A stretch of 33,237 nucleotides of DNA from positions 1 through 33,237 of the forward strand of contig JBDRBU010000012.1 of the NCBI GenBank assembly GCA_043822305.1. The letters are read 5' to 3'. The translations under genes were made by a program, and so were the position numbers. Below, one piece after another: positions 1-8,599 of the stretch (the stretch's first letter is position 1; every line of letters starts with the position of its first letter). This DNA is from Candidatus Firestoneibacteriota bacterium (GTDB lineage Bacteria; Oederibacteriota; D2-FULL-39-29; JBDRBU01). The notes beneath the pieces are model-generated. The model saw nothing but the letters and a program-made list of their open reading frames with translations. It had not been told where the DNA came from and searched no databases.

Positions 1-574
1 ATCAGCAGAGAAGGTAAGCAGTACATCGAAAGAGGCGACGACAAAGGCACAGGTAGGTAAAGAGGCAAAGACGATTAGTGAAGGAGGGACGATAGCCGAG
101 GTACCTGTTATTACACCAGAAGCAACAACGACAGAGGCAGATCCATCTACAGAGACAACACCGGTAACAGAAACAACAACAGTAGCAGAAACAACACAGC
201 CAGTAGAAGCAACAACAACATCAGAATCAACACAACCAGATGCTACGGAGACAGCATCTTCTACAACTGAAACTACTCCTTCGTCATCAACACCTTCTGA
301 GATTTCTCAACCTGTTACAGGTTCAACATCAGTAGATTCTAAAGAAGAGAAAAAGGTATCAGCCTCAACACCTGCTGAGGAAAAAGTACCTGAGGTAAGT
401 TCTGAAACGACACCAAAACCAGTAGAGGAAGTTCCTTTAACTGCATCTTCTACTACTGAAACAAAATCTAAGTTTCCAATGGTATATGTAATTGTTATTC
501 TGGGAGTTGTCATACTATTGATTTTGATAATTAGATCGGTTAGGAAGAAAGTTACTGCTTCTACAACAGCTTAA
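1..574 (+). CDS. 5'-truncated paralog of the downstream lipoprotein: end of helical repeat, long Thr/Ser/Glu/Pro-rich linker, C-terminal TM helix and basic tail
   Basis: Not in the ORF track because its start lies outside the window. Reading codons from position 2 is open to TAA at 572-574: SAEKVSSTSKEATTKAQVGKEAK...KSKFPMVYVIVILGVVILLILIIRSVRKKVTASTTA*. Nt 1-129 are identical to 1465-1593. Confidence 0.9.
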   Translation, partial: SAEKVSSTSKEATTKAQVGKEAKTISEGGTIAEVPVITPEATTTEADPSTETTPVTETTTVAETTQPVEATTTSESTQPDATETASSTTETTPSSSTPSEISQPVTGSTSVDSKEEKKVSASTPAEEKVPEVSSETTPKPVEEVPLTASSTTETKSKFPMVYVIVILGVVILLILIIRSVRKKVTASTTA

Positions 575-583
575 GAAGGAGAT

Positions 584-2107
584 ATGAAAAAGATAGTAGT
601 CTGTATGTTGGGGTTAAGTTTGGTTTTAATGAGTTGTTCAAATAGGCCGGCCTTAACGAAAGCAGAAGAAGTGCAAAGTAATGAGGCCGCGGCATTGATC
701 GAGACGGCTAAAGCGGATATAGAATCAGCCAAGAAGGCGGGAGTGGAGAAGTATGCAAATGAGATGGTCTTAAGTGCAGAGAGTTCATTAAAGACAGCAG
801 AGAGTACGATTGAGTTAAAGGATTTTGTTAAGGCAAAGGAGTTAGCCCAGAAGGCAAGTTTAGAGGCCAAGACAGCTATTAGTTTACCTAATGATGCGAA
901 GAATGCGATATTAGAAGCAGAGGTAGAAGTTAATAAGGCTAAGGAGTCAAAATCAGACGAAGAAGCTCCTAATGAGTTTAAGTCAGCGAATGAACTTTTA
1001 GAATCCGCAAAGGGTGCCATAGGCAAGGATGATTATAAGATTGCGTTAGAGTTTGCGAGATCAAGTATAGATCTTTCGAGGAAGTCTATAGAGGAGCCTG
1101 CGGTAGTGAAAGCGTTAGTCTTGCAGTTAGAAGATAATTTAAAAATGGCTAAGGACCTGCAGGTCGATCAGTTATCAGCAGATGTATATAAGAGTGCAAG
1201 TGATGGATTAGAAGGTGCGAAAGTTAGTTTATCATCGCATGATAATGCCAAGGCAAAGGAATTAGCCGAGAAGTCATCAAATGATATAAAGGAGGAGATG
1301 AAGAAAGTAGTAAATTTGGTTATAGAGCAGGCTAAGGTGGATTTAAGTAGTGCTAAGGAGGCAGGAGCGAGTGAATTTTCTGCTGATTTATTAGTCATAG
1401 CCGAAGAGAATATGAGTAGTGCTACGAGTTTATTAGAGAAAGGGGATTATGTAAATGCTAAGGTATCAGCAGAGAAGGTAAGCAGTACATCGAAAGAGGC
1501 GACGACAAAGGCACAGGTAGGTAAAGAGGCAAAGACGATTAGTGAAGGAGGGACGATAGCCGAGGTACCTGTTATTACACCAGAAGCAACAACAACATCA
1601 GAATCAACAACGGCAATAGTGTCATCTACACCAACAACTGAGACATCGACTCAACAGGTTGTTACTTCATCAACTGAAAAACCAATAGAACATACTGTGC
1701 TTAAAGGTGAATACCTTTGGAAAATTTCTGGTTATGAAATAATTTATTATGATTCATTACAATGGCCTATTATATATCATGCAAATACTGATCAGATAAA
1801 AGACCCCAATTTAATTTATCCTAAACAGATTTTAAGGATACCAAGAGATTTGACTGAAAAACAAGTTAAGGGAGCAAGGAAAGAGGCATCGGCTATTACA
1901 TCCAAATCATCGTCATCTGGGACTAAGATTGACAAAACAGAGATGGAAGACAAGAAAAGTGAAGAATCTAATCTTTCAGCAACTTCATCTCAGTCTGAAG
2001 GTCCAAGTTTTCCTGTTATTCCGATAGTAATAATTTCGGGAGTAATAATAGTTATTTTTGTAGTGAGGACTATTAGAAAAAAAGTAACAGCATCAGTATC
2101 TTCTTAA
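584..2107 (+). CDS. Lipoprotein with four DUF4398-like helical repeats, Ser/Thr linker, LysM domain and C-terminal TM anchor
   Basis: SD GAAGGAGA at 575-582; lipobox LVLMSC; four ~65-aa repeats of the type AKADIESAKKAG...AKELAQKA; LysM HTVLKGEYLWKIS...IKDPNLIYPKQILRIP (~1691-1843); hydrophobic stretch followed by RTIRKK. Confidence 0.85.
   Translation: MKKIVVCMLGLSLVLMSCSNRPALTKAEEVQSNEAAALIETAKADIESAKKAGVEKYANEMVLSAESSLKTAESTIELKDFVKAKELAQKASLEAKTAISLPNDAKNAILEAEVEVNKAKESKSDEEAPNEFKSANELLESAKGAIGKDDYKIALEFARSSIDLSRKSIEEPAVVKALVLQLEDNLKMAKDLQVDQLSADVYKSASDGLEGAKVSLSSHDNAKAKELAEKSSNDIKEEMKKVVNLVIEQAKVDLSSAKEAGASEFSADLLVIAEENMSSATSLLEKGDYVNAKVSAEKVSSTSKEATTKAQVGKEAKTISEGGTIAEVPVITPEATTTSESTTAIVSSTPTTETSTQQVVTSSTEKPIEHTVLKGEYLWKISGYEIIYYDSLQWPIIYHANTDQIKDPNLIYPKQILRIPRDLTEKQVKGARKEASAITSKSSSSGTKIDKTEMEDKKSEESNLSATSSQSEGPSFPVIPIVIISGVIIVIFVVRTIRKKVTASVSS
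1465..1593 (+). repeat. Exact 129-bp direct repeat of positions 1-129 (paralog duplication)
   Basis: Direct base-by-base comparison. A further 28 bp (205-232 = 1582-1609) are also identical. Confidence 0.95.
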
Positions 2108-2131
2108 ATTAAAGACACAAAAAGATAATAT

Positions 2132-4120
2132 ATGAACAATGGAATAACTTTTAAATCAATTTTTATTGGAATAATTTGTATTTTTATAGGATGTGCTTTT
2201 ACGACTTTAGCTGATATGCGCTATAGCATGTCGTTAAGTTCGTACTTCTTCCTGCCCCTTGTTATCGTTTTTCTCTTAATTCTCATGACTGTTGTAAAAT
2301 GGGTGCTTTCTATATTTGGTATTAAATTAACCAGTAAAGAGTTGTTAGTCATTTATATAATGATGGCCATGGTCGTAGGGCTCCCTTCAACAGGTATAAT
2401 TACATATATATTGCCAACGGTAACTTCTCCTCTTTATTATAGCACTGTTGAGAATAGATGGGAAGAACTTATTATAAAGCATATACCTGAATGGTTAATG
2501 CCATCTGACCCTGATCCATCTACTACAATTAATGAATCTGCTCAATACTTTTATGAGGGGTTACCAAAAGGTGCCTCAATTCCTTGGGCATCATGGATCA
2601 AACCATTTTTAGCATTTTTTATCTTTAGTTTGGTTTTATATTTTATATATTTTTGTTTAGCAATTATTATTAGAAAACAATGGATAGAAAATGAAAGATT
2701 ATCTTTTCCAATAGTTCAATTACCATTAGAAATGGTAAAAGGTTCAGAATCTTCTTTCGTTTCATCGCTTTTCAAAAACAAATTATTTTGGATTGGTTGT
2801 ATAGCAGTTTTCTTGTTGCATTTTTACAATGTTCTAACATTTTTTATCCCTGACTTAGAAAGAATAGCCTTAAGAAATATATCTTTAAATTTTTTATTTA
2901 CAGAAAGTCCATGGATAGGCATGAAAGGTCTGGCCATTAGCATATACTTTTCAGTAATAGGATTTTCATTTTTACTTCCAGTAGATGTGTCTTTTAGTCT
3001 TTGGTTTTTTTATCTTTTAAATGCTAAGTTTCAATATGTTTTTGCAAATGTCCTTGGTTTTACTCCGACAACAGGAGGAGCTCTTAATCCTCAGTTTTTA
3101 CAGTTTGAACAGTTCGGAGCATATCTGGTTTTAGTTGTATTTAGTATCTGGTATGCCAGGAAGCATCTTAAAGAAATTGTAAAAAGTGCTTTTAAAAAAA
3201 GTGATAGTCGTAACGGTCATGATGAAAGATTACACTATAAGATAGCATTTTTTGGTTTAATCATAGGGATTATAGTTCTAATATTTTTGTTAAGTCTGGT
3301 AGGCATCTCTCCAATTTATGGATTTTTTACAGTTCTTATTTTTGTAATTATTATTATAGTCGTCTCCAGGATTGTGGCCGAAGGTGGGGTTTATTTTACC
3401 CAGCAGAATTTTGCTCCATATGGTATTATTAACTCAGCCGTAGGAACTTCTTCTATAAGTCCACAAACATTAACCTTAGGAGGAATGTTTAACTGGATAT
3501 ATGTGATAGATTTATTAGCTTTACCACTTCCATTTATAAATGATGGTTATAAAATTGCACATGAAACAGGTATTAATAGAAAGAAGTTAACTTTTGTCAT
3601 GGTAATGGCAGCAGTTATAGGACTTATAGTTAGTTTTTATTCTTTCTTGTATATAAGCTACCATTTTGGTGGAGTGAATTTAGAAAGATGGTATTTAAGG
3701 GATGCACCTACTGAGATATATTCTACTATTCAAAGTGATTTGACTATTCCTAAAGATACTAAGGATACTAAAGATACTGAGAGTTCTAATAGAGGTCAGT
3801 TTTTAATATTTGGAGGTCTTGGAGGAGTTGTATTAGTATTTATAATGTTTATGAGACAAAAGTTTTTGTGGTGGCCATTTCATCCTATAGGATATGTAAT
3901 GGGATTTAGTACGGACGGTGGACCAATGTGGAGATTATGGTTTTCGTTTTTTGTAGGATGGCTTATTAAGTCAACTATTGTCTCTTATCTGGGCGGCTCT
4001 GTTTATAAAAAGATGAAGCCGTTATTTTTTGGTTTTATTCTGGGAGAAGTTTTTATTGCCATTATTATAGTCATATTACAACTTATATATTCAAGATCTA
4101 TATATATGGTATTTCCGTAA
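2132..4120 (+). CDS. Polytopic membrane protein, OPT-like transporter superfamily (resembles DUF6785/DUF6784 proteins)
   Basis: 662 aa with roughly 15 or more hydrophobic segments; N-terminal ITFKSIFIG; motif RKQWIENERLSFPIVQLP; C-terminal RQKFLWWPFHPIGY. Confidence 0.7.
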   Translation: MNNGITFKSIFIGIICIFIGCAFTTLADMRYSMSLSSYFFLPLVIVFLLILMTVVKWVLSIFGIKLTSKELLVIYIMMAMVVGLPSTGIITYILPTVTSPLYYSTVENRWEELIIKHIPEWLMPSDPDPSTTINESAQYFYEGLPKGASIPWASWIKPFLAFFIFSLVLYFIYFCLAIIIRKQWIENERLSFPIVQLPLEMVKGSESSFVSSLFKNKLFWIGCIAVFLLHFYNVLTFFIPDLERIALRNISLNFLFTESPWIGMKGLAISIYFSVIGFSFLLPVDVSFSLWFFYLLNAKFQYVFANVLGFTPTTGGALNPQFLQFEQFGAYLVLVVFSIWYARKHLKEIVKSAFKKSDSRNGHDERLHYKIAFFGLIIGIIVLIFLLSLVGISPIYGFFTVLIFVIIIIVVSRIVAEGGVYFTQQNFAPYGIINSAVGTSSISPQTLTLGGMFNWIYVIDLLALPLPFINDGYKIAHETGINRKKLTFVMVMAAVIGLIVSFYSFLYISYHFGGVNLERWYLRDAPTEIYSTIQSDLTIPKDTKDTKDTESSNRGQFLIFGGLGGVVLVFIMFMRQKFLWWPFHPIGYVMGFSTDGGPMWRLWFSFFVGWLIKSTIVSYLGGSVYKKMKPLFFGFILGEVFIAIIIVILQLIYSRSIYMVFP

Positions 4121-4125
4121 CAGAC

Positions 4126-4164
4126 GAGATGGCCACGGTCGCCTCAGGCGACCTCGCCATGACA
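4126..4164. repeat. Palindromic REP-like element, family A (…CTCGC(A/C)ATGACA end)
   Basis: GAGATGGCCACGGTCGCCTCAGGCGACCTCGCCATGACA: inner stem GGTCGCC/GGCGACC, outer ATGGC/GCCAT. Related copies at 30322-30349, 16776-16786 and possibly 10560-10582. Confidence 0.7.
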
Positions 4165-4192
4165 TAAACAGAAATAAAGGAAAGTAAATTAT

Positions 4193-7100
4193 ATGAGAAA
4201 ATTTATAATTTTTATTACCTGGTTATTAGTTCTTAATCCTATTGTCGTCCAGGCAATAGATTACAAAGAAGTTTACGACTCAATAGATTCTGCAAGTCTT
4301 AAAAATAATATTTTAAAATTGTCTTCATTTAAGACTCGCGTAACGGGATACTCTGGTTGCGATAAAGCAGGAGATTGGATAGTTGATGAATTTAAAAAAA
4401 TAGGTTTGAAAAATATAAAAACTTTTGAGTATGATGTCGTTGTTCCAATAGATGAAGGGGCTAAATTAAAGGTAATAAAAACCAATAAAACATACGAAAT
4501 GTTTTCATTATGGCCAAATTTAATTAGAACCTCTACTTTGCCTTCTGATGGAATTACTGGAAAATTAGTATATGTTGAAGATGGTGAAATTTCCAAATTT
4601 AATGATAAAGATATAAAGGATAATATTGTTCTAATAGATTTTAACTGTAGGAATAACTGGCTAAACGCACCTTTACTTGGTGCGAGGGCAGTTGTTTTCA
4701 TTGAGTCGGAAACAACTACAAGAAGAGAAGCAGAAAGTAAGTATCTGGGTGTTCCAGCTAATATTCCAAGATTTTGGATAAGTAAAAAAGATGCGTCTGA
4801 ATTATTGGAAGAAAAAGAATCTGAAGTTCATCTGACAGCAAACATGACCTGGAAAAAACAAAAAGCAAAAAATATTATTGGTTATATAGAAGGAAATAAT
4901 GCTGAATTAAAAAAAGAGTGTCTTATTATTAATTCTTATTATGATAGCATGTCTGTTGTTCCAGCACTTTCACCTGGAGCAGAAAGTGCTTGTGGCATAT
5001 CTGCTTTACTTGAATTAGCCAAAGTTTATAAAAAATATCAACCAGGCAGAACAATTGCATTTTTAGCCACATCGGGTCATTTTACTTACTTATATGGAAT
5101 GCGAAGTTTTATTAAAAATGATGCTCAAAACGAGTTTAAACCTTTTAAAAACTGCTTTTTAATTTCTTTAGACCTTTCTTCACAAACCGATGAATTAGGA
5201 ATAACTGTCCGAGGTCATTACTATGGTTTATCAGAGTTATATGCAAGACGTTTTAAACCCTTCTCAAAAGTTATTTATGAAAGCAGTGAATATGTATGTA
5301 AATATTTAAATTTACAAGGAGATAAACTCATAGATTTACTGGCAGATAAGAAAGGCAGGATTTGGGAAACTTATATTCCAGACAAAATTGCTTTAGAACA
5401 TGAACCATTTACTTTATCTAAAAGATTTGGATTTAGTCTAGTAACACTAAATGATTTAAGAGCAAATATTGACTCTCCTTTAGATAATATAGATTTAGTA
5501 AATATATCTAATTTAAGTAGCCAGGTTAATTTTTTATCTGCTTTATTTTTAAATTTGTCTTATAAGGAACTTCCTTACAGTGATATTAAAATGATAGAAA
5601 AAGATGGTCTTGGTGATTGTTATGGCCAGGTTGTAGAATTTGATCCTACCGTAAGTTTTTTACCCAATAAGCCAGTCACTAATGCGCTTGTCGTCTTTCA
5701 TCGTGAATCATTACCTTTAAATATAGGTGGTGTCCGAAGTGACCCGGTGGTACAAACAGATAAAGATGGATATTTTAGAATATTTAATGTTCCACAATTT
5801 ATAGCAAATATACTTGATAGTAATTATTATTTTTATACTTTAAAACCATTTTATATAAATGAGAAAGATGGTGAAATTACTTACAGTAAAGATTTAGGTC
5901 AAAATGGAGAACTTAAATTTAAAACAACTAGTATCTGGCAGGCAAAGGAAAAACTTAAAACCTGTGTAGTACTTAAAAGTAGAAGCATGACACTTTTTGA
6001 TATTGTTGACCAAAGAACATATTTTCAGCCGGCAACTATACAAGTATTTGATGCAAGAACAGACAGTGTCCCTGTTGCTTTTTCGTATTTTGGACATATT
6101 CCAGTAACCTGGTTCCCTGGTAGTTCATATTCTGTGGCTACTGTTGTTGTTTTTGGTGAGGAGAATGCCCGATTTAAATTTAATTTTAGTAGTGGACTAA
6201 TTGGGACAAAGTCAATTCTTATAAACGCAGATAAAAAAAATCCTACAGGTAAAGGAATATCACTTAAAAAACAGCCATTATTTTATCATACTCCATTTTA
6301 TATTGCTTCTGATATGTGGATCTTAGATGATAGTCGCATTAACACCATGAAAAAGTTTGGTATAGTTAATGACAGATTAAACGAACTTCATCAATTAGCC
6401 AAAGATTCTTTAGAAAAGTCAAAAAAAGCATTAAATGATAAAGAATATGATAAGTTTTTGAAATACAGTCGAGAAGCCTGGGGTTATGAAGCCAGAGGTT
6501 ATCCAGATGTTCAAGGGACCGCCAACGATGTCATAAAAGGAATATTGTTTTATCTGGTTTTGGTTATTCCTTTTGTTTTCTTTCTTGAAAGATTAGTATT
6601 TAATTTTGCAGATATAAGAAAACAGGTATCAGCCATCTTTTTAATTTTTATATTTGTATTTTTAATCTTACATTTGGTTCATCCCGCCTTTAATATATCA
6701 AATAGTCCTTATATAATATTTTTAGCATTTATAATATTCATGCTTGGAGTTATTGTCATCATACTTATATACAGGAAATTTTCGGTCCAGATGAGAGAGG
6801 TTAAATCTGCAATCACTGGACTTCATTTGGCCGATATAAGCCGGGTTACTACTATTTCGACAGCAGTTAAATTAGGGATTTCTAATATCAGGAAAAGACC
6901 GGCCCGTGCTTTTCTTACTTCATTTACTTTAATTCTTCTAACATTTGCTATCCTGTCATTCACCTCTGTTAAATCATATCTAAAGTTTAACAAGATTTCT
7001 CTTTCTCATCATGCAACATATGAAGGAATATTAATAAGGACAACAAACTGGGATGCTATTGAAGAAACACTTTATGAACATTTAAACAACCATTTTAAGG

Positions 7101-8599
7101 GGATAGTAAATGTGTCTCCCCGCAGCTGGTTAATTTCTGATGATCCTACAAAAACAAAAAAATATATAAAAGTTGTAAAAGATAAATTAGAATTTAATGC
7201 ATCTGCCTTGCTGGGTCTTTCAAGTTATGATGGAGAATTTATAATATCAAAGGGTGGTTTAAAAGAAGGTAGATGGTTTAAAGAAGGAGAAGTTGATAGT
7301 TGTATTATTCCTGAGAGCATTGCCAATGCTCTTAAAATTTCAAAAGAAGATATAGGCCGGAAAGAAGTTACTGTTTGGAGTAAGAATTTAAAGATAATAG
7401 GGGTTTTAGATGATAAGAAATTTTTAGAAATTAAAGATTTGGATAATGAGCCATTTACACCTGTAAATTATTTGTTATCACGAGGTATTCAACAACAAAA
7501 AGAGGAGGCCATAGGTACAGAAGCTTCATTACCAGTGTTACATCATATACTTCCTGATAGTGTTGTGGTTGTTCCTTATAGTTTAGCCATGTCATTAGGA
7601 GGAAATTTAAGAGGAGTTAGAATTCCATTTGATAAAAAACCGGAGATATTTGCTGACGAGATAAAACAACTGATGCCAAGACTTGCTCTGACTATATTTG
7701 TTGGATATCAAGGGAATAGTTATTTGTATAGTTCGATGGGTAGAACCTTATATTCTGGATTAGCCAATATATTTATACCGGTTTTAATAGGTGCTTTAAT
7801 TGTGTTAAATACGATGTTAGGTTCGGTATATGAAAGAACAAAAGAAATAGGAACCTATAGTGCCGTAGGTCTTGCGCCCACTCATATTTCTGCTTTATTT
7901 CTTGCTGAATCAGCCGTATATGCAACTATAGGTGCCATAACAGGTTATTTGCTGGGACAAACTGCCTCCAAGTTAATTACACAGTTTCAATTACTGCCAG
8001 GATTAATCTTAAATTATTCTTCTATGTCTGCCGTTTATACCTGTGGAATTGTTATTATTACAGTTATTGTTTCAACAATGTATCCTGCTATTAAAGCCGC
8101 TCAAATGGCTGTTCCAGATGTTTCTCGTCGATGGCAATTTCCAAAACCGCAAGGAAATAATCTGATATTTGAACTACCATTTACAGTTAATATAAGAGAT
8201 GTATTGCCCATAAATGGATTTTTATTAAATTATTTTAGAGCACATACAGAATCAACATTAGGAGGCTTTTATACAGAGAAAGTCACTCTTTCTAATATCT
8301 CTAATGAGTATGGAGAAGGTTACAGAGAAGAACTTACTGTTTGGATAGTTCCTTTTGAATTAGGTATCAGTCAAAATGTTACGATAGATACATTACCAAC
8401 AGAAGATAATAATATTCATAGTGTTAAATTTAATATTGAAAGAAAGTCTGGAGAGTTTTCTACCTGGAGCAGAGTAAATAGAGGATTTTTAGATGGAATT
8501 AGAAAACAATTTTTAATATGGAGAACAGTTAGCGATAAAGGTAAAGAAACCTATAAAAAAGAAGGAGAGAGGGAGTTATCAAATGAAGGCAAATCATAA
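4193..8599 (+). CDS. Fusion: signal peptide, M28-peptidase-fold/PA ectodomain (metal ligands degenerate), extra TM bundle, MacB/FtsX-type ABC permease, cytoplasmic C-terminal domain
   Basis: M28-like RVTGYSGCDKAGDWI, KNIIGYIEG, GISALLELAK; PA-like GKLVYVEDG...DIKDNIVL; FtsX signatures AVKLGISNIRKRPARAFLT and NTMLGSVYERTKEIGTYSAVG, YPAIKAA. Confidence 0.8.
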   Translation: MRKFIIFITWLLVLNPIVVQAIDYKEVYDSIDSASLKNNILKLSSFKTRVTGYSGCDKAGDWIVDEFKKIGLKNIKTFEYDVVVPIDEGAKLKVIKTNKTYEMFSLWPNLIRTSTLPSDGITGKLVYVEDGEISKFNDKDIKDNIVLIDFNCRNNWLNAPLLGARAVVFIESETTTRREAESKYLGVPANIPRFWISKKDASELLEEKESEVHLTANMTWKKQKAKNIIGYIEGNNAELKKECLIINSYYDSMSVVPALSPGAESACGISALLELAKVYKKYQPGRTIAFLATSGHFTYLYGMRSFIKNDAQNEFKPFKNCFLISLDLSSQTDELGITVRGHYYGLSELYARRFKPFSKVIYESSEYVCKYLNLQGDKLIDLLADKKGRIWETYIPDKIALEHEPFTLSKRFGFSLVTLNDLRANIDSPLDNIDLVNISNLSSQVNFLSALFLNLSYKELPYSDIKMIEKDGLGDCYGQVVEFDPTVSFLPNKPVTNALVVFHRESLPLNIGGVRSDPVVQTDKDGYFRIFNVPQFIANILDSNYYFYTLKPFYINEKDGEITYSKDLGQNGELKFKTTSIWQAKEKLKTCVVLKSRSMTLFDIVDQRTYFQPATIQVFDARTDSVPVAFSYFGHIPVTWFPGSSYSVATVVVFGEENARFKFNFSSGLIGTKSILINADKKNPTGKGISLKKQPLFYHTPFYIASDMWILDDSRINTMKKFGIVNDRLNELHQLAKDSLEKSKKALNDKEYDKFLKYSREAWGYEARGYPDVQGTANDVIKGILFYLVLVIPFVFFLERLVFNFADIRKQVSAIFLIFIFVFLILHLVHPAFNISNSPYIIFLAFIIFMLGVIVIILIYRKFSVQMREVKSAITGLHLADISRVTTISTAVKLGISNIRKRPARAFLTSFTLILLTFAILSFTSVKSYLKFNKISLSHHATYEGILIRTTNWDAIEETLYEHLNNHFKGIVNVSPRSWLISDDPTKTKKYIKVVKDKLEFNASALLGLSSYDGEFIISKGGLKEGRWFKEGEVDSCIIPESIANALKISKEDIGRKEVTVWSKNLKIIGVLDDKKFLEIKDLDNEPFTPVNYLLSRGIQQQKEEAIGTEASLPVLHHILPDSVVVVPYSLAMSLGGNLRGVRIPFDKKPEIFADEIKQLMPRLALTIFVGYQGNSYLYSSMGRTLYSGLANIFIPVLIGALIVLNTMLGSVYERTKEIGTYSAVGLAPTHISALFLAESAVYATIGAITGYLLGQTASKLITQFQLLPGLILNYSSMSAVYTCGIVIITVIVSTMYPAIKAAQMAVPDVSRRWQFPKPQGNNLIFELPFTVNIRDVLPINGFLLNYFRAHTESTLGGFYTEKVTLSNISNEYGEGYREELTVWIVPFELGISQNVTIDTLPTEDNNIHSVKFNIERKSGEFSTWSRVNRGFLDGIRKQFLIWRTVSDKGKETYKKEGERELSNEGKS

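Noticed and set aside
307..1398. Minus-strand ORFs 307-513, 571-1026 and 1168-1398
   Set aside because: Antisense shadows of the well-supported + strand paralogs; no recognisable motifs.
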